Shown piece by piece: positions 19,182 through 27,929 of a DNA stretch of 64,000 nucleotides. Position numbers and translations under genes: made by a program. Origin of the DNA: Candidatus Nomurabacteria bacterium (GTDB taxonomy: Bacteria > Patescibacteriota > Minisyncoccia > Phycocordibacterales > UBA5272); assembly GCA_029288775.1 (NCBI GenBank), contig JARIGQ010000001.1, positions 29,044 to 93,043 on the forward strand. Direction: 5' to 3'. Within the stretch, counting starts at the first letter, position 1. The number at the start of each line of letters is the position of its first letter. Below the pieces are notes generated by a model that saw nothing but the letters and a program-made list of their open reading frames with translations, was not told the origin of the DNA and searched no databases.

Positions 19182-19847
19182 ATGTTAAATCCAGTTGATG
19201 TTTTGGGACAAGCGCTTGTCGATACCGGCATGACTCTCGTGGCTTTCCTTCCAAATGTCATAATCGCAATTGTTTTGTTCGCATTAGGGTGGGCTTTTGG
19301 TCTTATCCTTGAACGTGCAGTAGGGCATCTTATTTCTGCGCTTCGCATTGACAGTGCGCTCCATCGTGCCGGCTTTGATAAGCTAAGTCAGCGTGCAGGG
19401 GTTCGCATCTCGCTTGCGGGATTCTTCGGAGCAGTTGTAAAGTGGTTCGTGGTGGTTGCGTTTACGGTTGCCGCTGCTGAAATCCTTGGTCTTAATCAAG
19501 TGACTCAGCTCCTCCGTGACATTCTTCTTTACATTCCACAGGTAATTGTTGCTGCGGTGATTCTTGTCATCGCAATGCTTCTTGGAGATTTTGTTGCACG
19601 TCTTATAGACCACTCTACTCGCAGTATGGGTATGCGTGGAAGTTTTGCAGCGCAAGTTGCGAAGTGGTCTATTATTATAGTCGGTGGTATCTTCCCAGCT
19701 CTTACACAGCTTCGTATTGCGCAGGGGTTGGTGGAAGTGCTTTTCACAGGTATTGTGTTTTCAGTTTCGCTCGCACTTGGCCTTGCATACGGCCTTGGGG
19801 GACGTGATGCAGCAGCTCGCTCCATCGAAAAGATGAAGGAACTCTAA
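19182..19847 (+). CDS. Polytopic membrane protein (conserved TM-helix repeat family-like)
   Basis: Repeated amphipathic/TM segments. No catalytic motifs. Confidence 0.55.
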   Translation: MLNPVDVLGQALVDTGMTLVAFLPNVIIAIVLFALGWAFGLILERAVGHLISALRIDSALHRAGFDKLSQRAGVRISLAGFFGAVVKWFVVVAFTVAAAEILGLNQVTQLLRDILLYIPQVIVAAVILVIAMLLGDFVARLIDHSTRSMGMRGSFAAQVAKWSIIIVGGIFPALTQLRIAQGLVEVLFTGIVFSVSLALGLAYGLGGRDAAARSIEKMKEL

Positions 19848-19871
19848 TCATCAGAAAAACCAGGAGATCAT

Positions 19872-19905
19872 AAAAAGCAAGGGTACACCCTTGCTTTTTC
19901 CTTTC
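19872..19905 (+). terminator. Intrinsic terminator
   Basis: AAAAAGCAAGGG-taca-CCCTTGCTTTTT hairpin. Confidence 0.8.
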
Positions 19906-19960
19906 TTTTAGGCCTTTTTCTTTGGCGAAACAGGTAAAGGGGAAAAGGTGAGAAAAGTGC

Positions 19961-19989
19961 TTGACTTCAAAAGGTTCTTCTGATAAGAT
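19961..19989 (+). promoter_or_regulatory. rRNA operon promoter (TTGACT-17-TAAGAT)
   Basis: -35 TTGACT at 19961-19966, 17-nt spacer, -10 TAAGAT at 19984-19989, about 330 nt upstream of 23S. Confidence 0.55.
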
Positions 19990-20630
19990 TATGAGCACTG
20001 TTAATGATGAAGAACACGAAAATTACTAGCTAAAAACCGCAGGCAAGTGACGTTTCGTTACGCGCCCGCCGGTAAGGCGGATTTTCTTTTCTAAAAATTG
20101 TTACAGGGGAGGTTCGTTGACAATAGAATCCCGTGCACAACACGCGCAACAATACTGTTATCCAGTAGTAGTAATATTCACTGGGGTCTAGCGGAGTTTG
20201 TAGTACGGGGAACATGAAAGATAATCAATGCACAAGTAGCTTGTAAACCTGCTTGTGCAGCACGCACATAACAATGGAGCGGTCCGGAGTTATGTGGTAG
20301 TTATGTTTCCTAATAGGAACATAAGAGCATACGGTGGATGCCTAGGCTCTAACAAGCGATGAAAGACGTGATCAGGCGGCGATACGCTTCGGGGAGGTGC
20401 CTAATAACCTTCGATCCGGAGATTTCTGAATGGGGAAACCTCATACGAGTAATGTTGTATGGTCTTAGAGAGCATTCTCAAGACGCGCACCCAGGGAAGT
20501 GAAACATCTCAGTACCTGGAGGAAAAGAAAACAAAAGTTATTCTGCAAGTAGCGGCGAGCGAAAACAGAGAAGCCCAAACCAGCACACCACTTTGCTTTC
20601 AATTGATATCGTTCATGTATGTTTATAAGG

Positions 20631-20987
20631 GGAAAAAAGTTCTTTGCCCGCCTACCAAGGCGTGCACATATCCGATTCATCGGATATGGCGGGTCTCAAT
20701 TAGGGAAGCAGCCATGAGGTGAGCCTCTGTGAGACCGAATGAGATACCAGAGGTTGACGTACGCTTGTTGGTGACGTTGACCGGAGCGCCCGAAAGCGCA
20801 AGCTAACGGGAACAACGCACACGAAATCTCTCGTGTGCGTTGACAATGCCGTAAGGCTTCAAGGTGCTGACAAAAATGCCTTACGGAAGCTGGCCAGGCT
20901 GTGAACGATCGCATCGGCTTGGTTGGAAGGTGAGAGGCCGCAGGAACCCCCGCTCTTTAAAGTTTTGCCGATTATAAATCGGCTCTC
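20631..20987 (+). other. Structured insertion of about 357 nt in 23S domain I, closed by a roughly 50-bp imperfect inverted repeat (20581-20630 with 20988-21048); IVS-like
   Basis: Flanks CAGCACACCACTTTGC...ATGTATGTTTATAAGG and CCTTATAAACATACAT...GCAAAGTGGTGTGCTGG are reverse complements. No counterpart in E. coli 23S helices 9-10. Confidence 0.6.
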
Positions 20988-21251
20988 CTTATAAACATAC
21001 ATGAACGAATACGATATCAATTGAATTGAAGGCAAAGTGGTGTGCTGGGGTAGTAAGACAGAAACGTAGATTTCTAGAAGAGTTACAAAAGGTAAATATA
21101 GACTAAGTTGTTGGAAAGCAACGCCACAGAAAGTGATAGCCTTGTAGTCGAAATATTTATCTCTCTTTTGTTTCTGATCTTGAGTAGTTCGAGACACGAA
21201 TAGCTCGGATGAATCAGCCGGAACTAACCGGTAAGGCTAAATATTGTTAGA

Positions 21252-21297
<46 letters not shown>

Positions 21298-22772
21298 GGA
21301 AGGGGAGTGAAATAGAACTGAAACCGTATGTTTACAAAGAGTAGAAGAGGTATTTATACCTCGACTGCGTGCCTATTGAAGAATGAGCCAACGAGTTGTA
21401 GGTTACTGCAGGCTAAGTGGTATAAAGTCACGGAGCCATAGCGAAAGCAAGTGTTAATAGCGCGAACCAATTGTAGTAGCTTACAGACCCGAAGCCGGAT
21501 GAGCTTACCATGAGCAGGGTGAAGCAGTGCGAAAGCACTGTGGAGGCCCGAACCAGTAGGTTGTACGACTCCTTTGGATGACTTGTGGTAAGGAGTGAAA
21601 AGCTAATCGAATTCGGTAATAGCTGGTTCTCTCCGAAATAGTTTTTGGACTAGCGTCATGTGTTCCCTTTGGGGGTAGAGCACTGGAAGGTTTTGACTAG
21701 TAGAAATACGGCAACACCTATCAAACTCCGAATACCAAAGGTTAAAAACATGGCAGTAAGACCACGGGGGCGAAGCTCCGTCGGTCAAAAGGGAAACAGC
21801 CCAGATCTCAAGTTAAGGTCCCTAAGTATAGATTAAGTGTATAGCGAGGAGGTGGAGTTTCATTGACAATGAGGATGTTGGCTTAGAAGCAGCCATCATT
21901 GAAAGAAAGCGTAACAGCTCACCCATCGAGAGACTCTGCGCCGTAAATGATCGGGACTAAAATCTATCACCGAAACTGAGGGCTTCCTATTTATAGGGAG
22001 CGGTAGGAGAGTGTTCCACTCTGCGCTGAAGCGGAAGGGGTAACCCACCGTGGAGCGTGTGGAAGTACGAATGTTGGCACAAGTAACCGCAAGGAAGGTG
22101 AGATCCCTTCCCGCCGAAAGAATAAGGTTTCCTTTGCAATGATTGTCAGCGAAGGGTTAGTCGGGCCTAAGGAGATGGCAAACGCCGGATCCGATGGACA
22201 TAAGGTTAATATTCCTTAACTTGGTAGTAATGTGATGGGATGACGGGGTGTAGTATGTAAAGCGTCTTATTGGATTGACGTTTATTGTGTAAGTGGCTTG
22301 TGTAGGGAAATCCGCACGAGTATACCGCAAGCACCGTATGAAGGTGAGGGGCAACCCGAGCCAATTTTACAAAGCACGCCTCCGAGAAAAGTCTCTACAT
22401 TCTGTGAATACAGAACGTCTTCTTGTGCCTTTTACTAGGTACGAGCTTGCTTGTATCTAGATCATCTAGGTACAAGAAGATGCTTAAGTTACTATTAATC
22501 CGTACCGCAAACCGACACAGGTATTCGAGTCGAGTAGACTAAGGCGAACGAGTGATATCTCCCTAAGGAACTAGGCAAAAAAGCGATCGTAAGTTAGCGA
22601 TAAGATCTGCCCATAGCAATATGGGCCGCAGCGAAAGTTTCCCTAGCGACTGTTTACCAAAAACACAGCTTCCTGCGAACACGTAAGTGGATGTATAGGA
22701 GGTGACGCCTGACCAATGCGGGAAGGTCAAATATCGGCGGTGCTTCGGTGCTGGATGATATAAGCCCCCGTC

Positions 22773-22804
<32 letters not shown>

Positions 22805-23018
22805 TCTGATCATATCTATGATGTGGTCAGAACGGACTAGGACGGTTATAGGGAATTTGGTTTAAATAAAGTAAAAACAGTCTAATTGTGTACGCTTCAT
22901 AAAGCTACCTGTTGCATCGAAATATGCATTCAGTCCAATGTGATTAACGAGAGACCAACGTCACACATCTGACCATTAGGTTGAAGATGAAGATAGAGTC
23001 CAACTTGAGGAATAGTTG
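22805..23018 (+). other. Group-I-type intron in 23S at the E. coli U1917 site (214 nt)
   Basis: Interrupts the universal GGUCCUAAGGU|AGCGAAAUUCC. 5' exon ends in U and the insert ends in G. P7-like R/S elements GGACUAG and AAGAUAGAGUCC. P9 hairpin CAACU-tgaggaau-AGUUG before the terminal G. P1/IGS pairing was not found. Confidence 0.55.
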
Positions 23019-23588
23019 AGCGAAATTCCTTGTCTGGTAAGTTCAGACGTGCACGAATGGCGTAACGACTGGGGAACTGTCTCAGGGAGTAGCTCGGTGA
23101 AAATACAGTGGGGGTGAAGATGCCCCCTAGCTGCAGATAGACGAAAAGACCCCGTGAGCTTTACTCTAGCTTGGTATTGCAAGTGTTCAATTACTGCGTA
23201 GTGTAGTGGTGAGAGGTTGAAGGTATGATTTCGGTTGTACTGGACTCGTCGATGAAACAGCCATCTGTAATTGGGCACTTGCTAACGTGAACGGAAAAAA
23301 CGTTCGCAGACAGTATCTGGTGGGGAGTTTAACTGGGGCGGTTTCCTCCCAAAAGGTAACGGAGGAGTATATTAAGGTCATCTAGGCGCGAATGGAAACC
23401 GTGCCGATAGCGCAAGGGCATAAGATGGCTTGACTGTGAGACGGGCATGTCGAGCAGACGCGAAAGCGGGTCCTAGTGAACCTACTCTTGGCTTTAGACG
23501 CCGGAGCAGATTAACGGATAGAAGCTACCACGGGGATAACAGGCTAGTTGTGCCTAAGAGTTCATATCGACGGCACAGTTCGGCACCT

Positions 23589-23942
23589 TAACTTTAATCG
23601 GGGTGCGTCAGGAGCAATCCTGTAGCAACACATGTACAATCGTCAAATAAATAATATGTACACAAGAAATCTTGGCTTATAACGGTGAAACCCTTATGCA
23701 TGAACACCATAAGGGCAATACCGTGGGAAGTTTATATGTAAGAAAGCGATCACTCCAATTGTATTGGAGAGCTGCACACCTCAAAATGTGATTACATGTA
23801 TAACCTCGTAGAGACTTGTCACGCATGTGACGGAGTTGTGGTTCAAAGAAGATAAACCATAGCTAATACGCCAACGCCGCCTTTGATCGGGCGGATGAAG
23901 ATATAGTCCGATCCTTCCAGTAATGGAAGACAAATACGACAG
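23589..23942 (+). other. Group I intron in the 23S peptidyl-transferase region near E. coli 2500 (354 nt)
   Basis: Interrupts GGCACCU|CGAUGUCGG. IGS GGGUGC (23601-23606) pairs with exon GCACCU, with U.G at the splice site. S element AAGAUAUAGUCC is an exact consensus match. R-like AGAGACUUG. P9 hairpin CUUCCA-guaa-UGGAAG. Terminal G. Confidence 0.7.
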
Positions 23943-24088
23943 CGATGTCGGCTCATCTTATCCTGGTGGTGGAGAAGCTACCAAGGGTTTGGCTGTTCGC
24001 CAATTAAAAAGATACGTGAGCTGGGTTCAAACCGTCGTGAGACAGGTTGGTTTCCTATCTTCTGCAGCCGTTCGAATATTGAGAAGAT

Positions 24089-24119
<31 letters not shown>

Positions 24120-24474
24120 TGACCTCTGGTGTGTGGGCTCTAGCGCCAGCTGGACCGCCCAGTAGCTATGTCGGGAATGGATAACCTCTGAAAGCATCTA
24201 AGAGGGAAGCCAACTTCAAGATAAGTATTCGTTGAGGGTCGTAAGAGATGATTACGTTGATAGGATCTAAGTGTACGCACAGTAATGTGTTTAGCTGAGG
24301 ATTACTAATTACCCGAATCCTATTAGGAAACATGATTATCACAAATAATCATCGTGCATCTTTCATGTGGTGAGAGGAGGTTGAAGAGTCTGATACCAGC
24401 AATGGTCGCTTACAATTTGGCTTCCTCTCACCACGTGAAGATTTGGTTCTTTCATGTTGTGAACGATATATGAT

Positions 24475-24650
24475 GGGGATGTAGCTCAGTTGGTAGAGCG
24501 TTTCCCTGGGGGTTGGGTGTCAACGCCCGACTTGTCTCCCAGCTAGTTGCCGAGTACAAAAGGCTTAGGCAAAAGGACTGCCGCCGACGAGGTGGAGGAA
24601 GGGGGAGAGCAGGGGGAAGGTCGCAGGTTCAAATCCTGCCATCTCCACCA
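24475..24650 (+). tRNA. tRNA-like gene (probable tRNA-Pro, anticodon GGG) interrupted by a roughly 100-nt insert in the anticodon loop; CCA encoded
   Basis: Acceptor GGGGATG pairs with CATCTCC. Canonical D-arm GCTC-AGTTGGTA-GAGC. T-arm GCAGG-TTCAAAT-CCTGC. Anticodon stem TTTCC pairs with GGGAA only across about 101 nt (about 24512-24612). Confidence 0.45.
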
Positions 24651-24682
24651 TCTCATATATCGACGAAACGTTTGAGTTTTTT

Positions 24683-24794
24683 GTTCTGGTGGTTTAACCT
24701 AAGGGTCACACCTCTTCCCATTTCGAACAGAGAAGTTAAGCCTTAACGTGGCGATGATACTGACATTGTCGGGAAAGTAGCTGCCGCCAGAACA
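24683..24794 (+). rRNA. rrf: 5S rRNA
   Basis: Helix I GTTCTGGTGG pairs with CCGCCAGAAC. Internal CCATTTCGAACAGAGAAGTTAAGCC and GTGGCGATGATACTG match 5S conserved blocks. Confidence 0.8.
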
Positions 24795-24810
24795 AAGGAC
24801 TCAAAACAAC

Positions 24811-24846
24811 AAAAACGCGAAGCGAAAGCTTCGTGTTTTTGTTTGC
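24811..24846 (+). terminator. rRNA operon terminator
   Basis: ACGCGAAGC-gaaa-GCTTCGTGT hairpin followed by TTTTTGTTTG. Confidence 0.7.
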
Positions 24847-24859
24847 TATACTGGAAGAT

Positions 24860-25633
24860 ATGGAGTCCACGTGGTCAGCACGACGCAAACTTATATACGG
24901 CTTAGGGGTGCTTATTGTTATTATTCTTATAGCAGTTTTTTCGCTCCGTAACGTTCTCTTTCCCACCCCTACCTGCTTTGATGGTAAGCAAAATGGATAT
25001 GAAGCAGGAGTGGATTGCGGAGGATCCTGCAGTCTTAGGTGCTCTTCCCAAATTATTCCACTTTCTGTTTCTTGGGCTCGAGCCATTCGCACTTCTTCAA
25101 CGACATATGATTTAGCTGGTCTTATAGGTAATAGGAATGTGGATAGTTCAACGCAAGCTATTACGTACACCTTCTCGATATACGGCCCGGATGGCACGCT
25201 TATGGCACAAATGAATGGCATGACACCGGTTCCGGTAGATGGTGATTTTCCTGTAGTGGTAAACAAGGTATTCCTTCCGGCTCCTCCTTCTTCGGTAAGT
25301 CTCACAGTTCCCGGCAATGCTCTGTTTTATCACGTTACGGAAAGTGCTACCAATCCTACTCTTCGGGTGACATCTACTCGATTTGAAGAAGGGGCTATTC
25401 CTCGAGTCTATGCCACCATTGTAAATACCAAGCGTTTGCGCCTTAAGAATGTTCCGGTGCGTGCCGTGCTGTATGATGAGCAAGGAAACGCTTTTGCCGT
25501 GGGGCAAACGATTATCGACTCTCTCGATAAAGAAGGTGTTGCAAATGTTGTGTTTACGTGGAATACTGCTTTCTCTTTTCCTCCGACAAAAATTCGCATT
25601 TACCCAATCTTGGATCCGTTTGTAGTCTCTTAG
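24860..25633 (+). CDS. Hypothetical membrane-anchored protein with a CxDGxxNxxExxxDCGGxC motif
   Basis: N-terminal TM helix. Cys-rich motif CFDGKQNGYEAGVDCGGSC. The start was set at 24860 because the track start lies inside the terminator. Confidence 0.55.
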   Translation: MESTWSARRKLIYGLGVLIVIILIAVFSLRNVLFPTPTCFDGKQNGYEAGVDCGGSCSLRCSSQIIPLSVSWARAIRTSSTTYDLAGLIGNRNVDSSTQAITYTFSIYGPDGTLMAQMNGMTPVPVDGDFPVVVNKVFLPAPPSSVSLTVPGNALFYHVTESATNPTLRVTSTRFEEGAIPRVYATIVNTKRLRLKNVPVRAVLYDEQGNAFAVGQTIIDSLDKEGVANVVFTWNTAFSFPPTKIRIYPILDPFVVS

Positions 25634-25638
25634 CTTTC

Positions 25639-26769
25639 ATGAAATACATTTCCCAACTCCTGTCCCGCGTCGAAGCATTTTTGTTCATGCCGGTTTTTTT
25701 TATTCTCATTGCGGGGTTGCTCACCATGAGTTCTTTTGAAGTGGGAGATACGTATTTTTGGAAGCAGGGCCTTTTTATCATTATCTGTCTCAGTGCCTTT
25801 TTCTTTGCAGCCAGTTTTGAATATAGATTTTTAAAGCAGACAAGAGTAGTAATTGCTGTGTACACTTTTTTGCTCTCTGTGCTCGGGCTTCTTTTTGTGC
25901 TGGGTAAAGTTTCCAAAGGGGCACAATCCTGGTTTCATCTGGGTGGTTTTTCGTTTCAGCCAACGGACTATATGAAGCTTGGGCTCATTATCGTATTGGC
26001 TAAGTATTTTTCTCGACGCCATATAGAAATTGCCAATATACGTCATATTATCGTTTCCGGTATCTATGCTTTCATTCCATTTGTGCTAGTGGCGCTTCAG
26101 CCGGATTTTGGTTCCGCAATGGTTATTTTTGCCATATGGCTGGGCATGGTGCTTGTCTCGGGAATTTCCAAGAAGCATCTTCTTTTGGTATTTGGCATAG
26201 GAACGGTAGCCTTTTTCTTGGCGTGGCATTTTGCTTTCAAACCATATCAAAAGGCGCGTATTATCAATTTCGTGGATCCTCTCCATGATATTCGAGGAAC
26301 AGGGTACAACGCATATCAGTCTACGATTGCCGTAGGGTCAGGAGGGGTATTTGGGAAGGGTATTGGCTACGGTACTCAATCGCGCCTTAACTTTTTGCCA
26401 GAATACAAGACTGACTTTATCTTTGCGGCATACGCAGAAGAGTGGGGATTTGTAGGCGCAGTGCTTCTTCTTCTTTTTTATCTTCTCATTATGTACAAGC
26501 TTGCAAGTTATGCGCTTGTAGCGGATTCGACTTTTGAAGCCTTATTTACCTATGGCGTGATGATTTGGTTTTTGACGCACATTGTCATTAATATCGGCAT
26601 GAATATTGGTATTATGCCCGTAACAGGTATTCCGCTTCCGCTTATGAGTTATGGCGGCTCGCATTTACTTTCTGAATGCTTGGCACTGGGTATGGCGGTA
26701 GGAATGCATGCCTATGCCAGGGCGGGACACAAGTACCACATGAAAAACGAGTTTTTAGGTTTAGAGTAA
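25639..26769 (+). CDS. SEDS-family peptidoglycan glycosyltransferase (FtsW/RodA)
   Basis: Ten-TM profile. Motifs SDFIFAAYAEEWGF and GIPLPLMSYGGS. Confidence 0.85.
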   Translation: MKYISQLLSRVEAFLFMPVFFILIAGLLTMSSFEVGDTYFWKQGLFIIICLSAFFFAASFEYRFLKQTRVVIAVYTFLLSVLGLLFVLGKVSKGAQSWFHLGGFSFQPTDYMKLGLIIVLAKYFSRRHIEIANIRHIIVSGIYAFIPFVLVALQPDFGSAMVIFAIWLGMVLVSGISKKHLLLVFGIGTVAFFLAWHFAFKPYQKARIINFVDPLHDIRGTGYNAYQSTIAVGSGGVFGKGIGYGTQSRLNFLPEYKTDFIFAAYAEEWGFVGAVLLLLFYLLIMYKLASYALVADSTFEALFTYGVMIWFLTHIVINIGMNIGIMPVTGIPLPLMSYGGSHLLSECLALGMAVGMHAYARAGHKYHMKNEFLGLE

Positions 26770-26785
26770 ACTACTAAAGTTAACT

Positions 26786-27904
26786 TTATTCCTCGTAAAT
26801 CTTAATCGTTTTTTCAATCATTAGCTCCAAGGAAAATTCTTTACGGAGTTCGTTACGACCAGATGTGATTTTTCTAATTGGCGAAGAAAGAATTTCGCGT
26901 AATGTTTCTATAGATGACGCATTTCGTATATCAATGAGTGTAGACCCTGGATCATGAGCAAGCACTTCTGGTATCCCTCCTACATTGCTTGCAATGATAG
27001 GCAAAGTAGATTGTAGCGCTTCAATTGCCACATACGCCAAAGCTTCCGTGCGTGAAGGGAGAAAGAAAAGGTCGAAGCTTTCCAGATACTGAGCTGCGTC
27101 TTTAGTGTGCCCAAGAAGATGAACGCGAGAAGTGAGGTTGTGTTTTTTGATAAGGATTTCGATTTGTGTACGATAGTATCCTTCGCCTAAGATAAACCAT
27201 TCCCACGACAGGTCACGAAGCTGTGAAAGGTAGGTAAGCGCAATGTGGAATCCTTTGCTTGGGTGGAGCTCGCCAATGGATACCATCGCAATTCGTTCGC
27301 GTCGTATTTGCCGAAAATCTTCATAAAAAGCAGTAGGGGATTTGAACGAAATTGGTCCGATACCGTTATGAATAATTACACACTTTGGATATAGCATACT
27401 TCCCGCTCGAAGATCGATTTTAGTTTTATTTGAAACGCAAATGGTTTTATGAGAGGCAAGTACCGCCATTTTCATTAAACCTCGAAGGATAATCTTTTGC
27501 CACAGTGGTCGTTCCTCATTGAATGGCCATCCATGCGCCGTAAATATAATATGGGGCACATTTGCCAAGCGTCCGGCAAGTGTGCCAAAAAGACCTGCCT
27601 TTGAACTATTGATATGAACCACTTCAGGTTGTTCACGCCTAAAAAGAGACACCAACTCCATAAAGGCTCGGAAGGATCCTATGGGATTCATATTGTTCTT
27701 CATATGAAGAAGAGGTAGGACGCGAACTCCTCTTTCTTGTAATCTATGCGTCATTTCTCCTGTTCCGCCGGTAGCTACTTGTACATCAAATCCGCGAGCG
27801 TGGAGCCCTGTTGCGATATCGTAGACATATTTCTGAGCCCCGCCCCAGTTGGACTTTGTAATGACAAGGATAACTTTTTGTCGTTTCGTGGAGCTTTTGT
27901 ACAT
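26786..27904 (-). CDS. Glycosyltransferase family 4 (GT-B)
   Basis: C-terminal EALAYVAIEALQSTLPIIASNVGGIPE. Confidence 0.85.
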   Translation of the reverse strand: MYKSSTKRQKVILVITKSNWGGAQKYVYDIATGLHARGFDVQVATGGTGEMTHRLQERGVRVLPLLHMKNNMNPIGSFRAFMELVSLFRREQPEVVHINSSKAGLFGTLAGRLANVPHIIFTAHGWPFNEERPLWQKIILRGLMKMAVLASHKTICVSNKTKIDLRAGSMLYPKCVIIHNGIGPISFKSPTAFYEDFRQIRRERIAMVSIGELHPSKGFHIALTYLSQLRDLSWEWFILGEGYYRTQIEILIKKHNLTSRVHLLGHTKDAAQYLESFDLFFLPSRTEALAYVAIEALQSTLPIIASNVGGIPEVLAHDPGSTLIDIRNASSIETLREILSSPIRKITSGRNELRKEFSLELMIEKTIKIYEE

Positions 27905-27929
27905 ATGGTATAGTTAGTGTACCAAAGGC

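Noticed and set aside
20660-20700. SRP-RNA-like GGGAAGCAGCCA motif inside the 23S domain I insertion
   Set aside because: Only a 10-nt match to the 4.5S domain IV consensus. No flanking symmetric or asymmetric loops or GNRA hairpin. It lies inside rRNA.
24833-24859. Upstream start (24833) for the CxDG-motif protein, and 17088 for the small ORF after rplL
   Set aside because: Both track starts fall inside intrinsic terminator hairpins. In-frame ATGs with better context lie just downstream.
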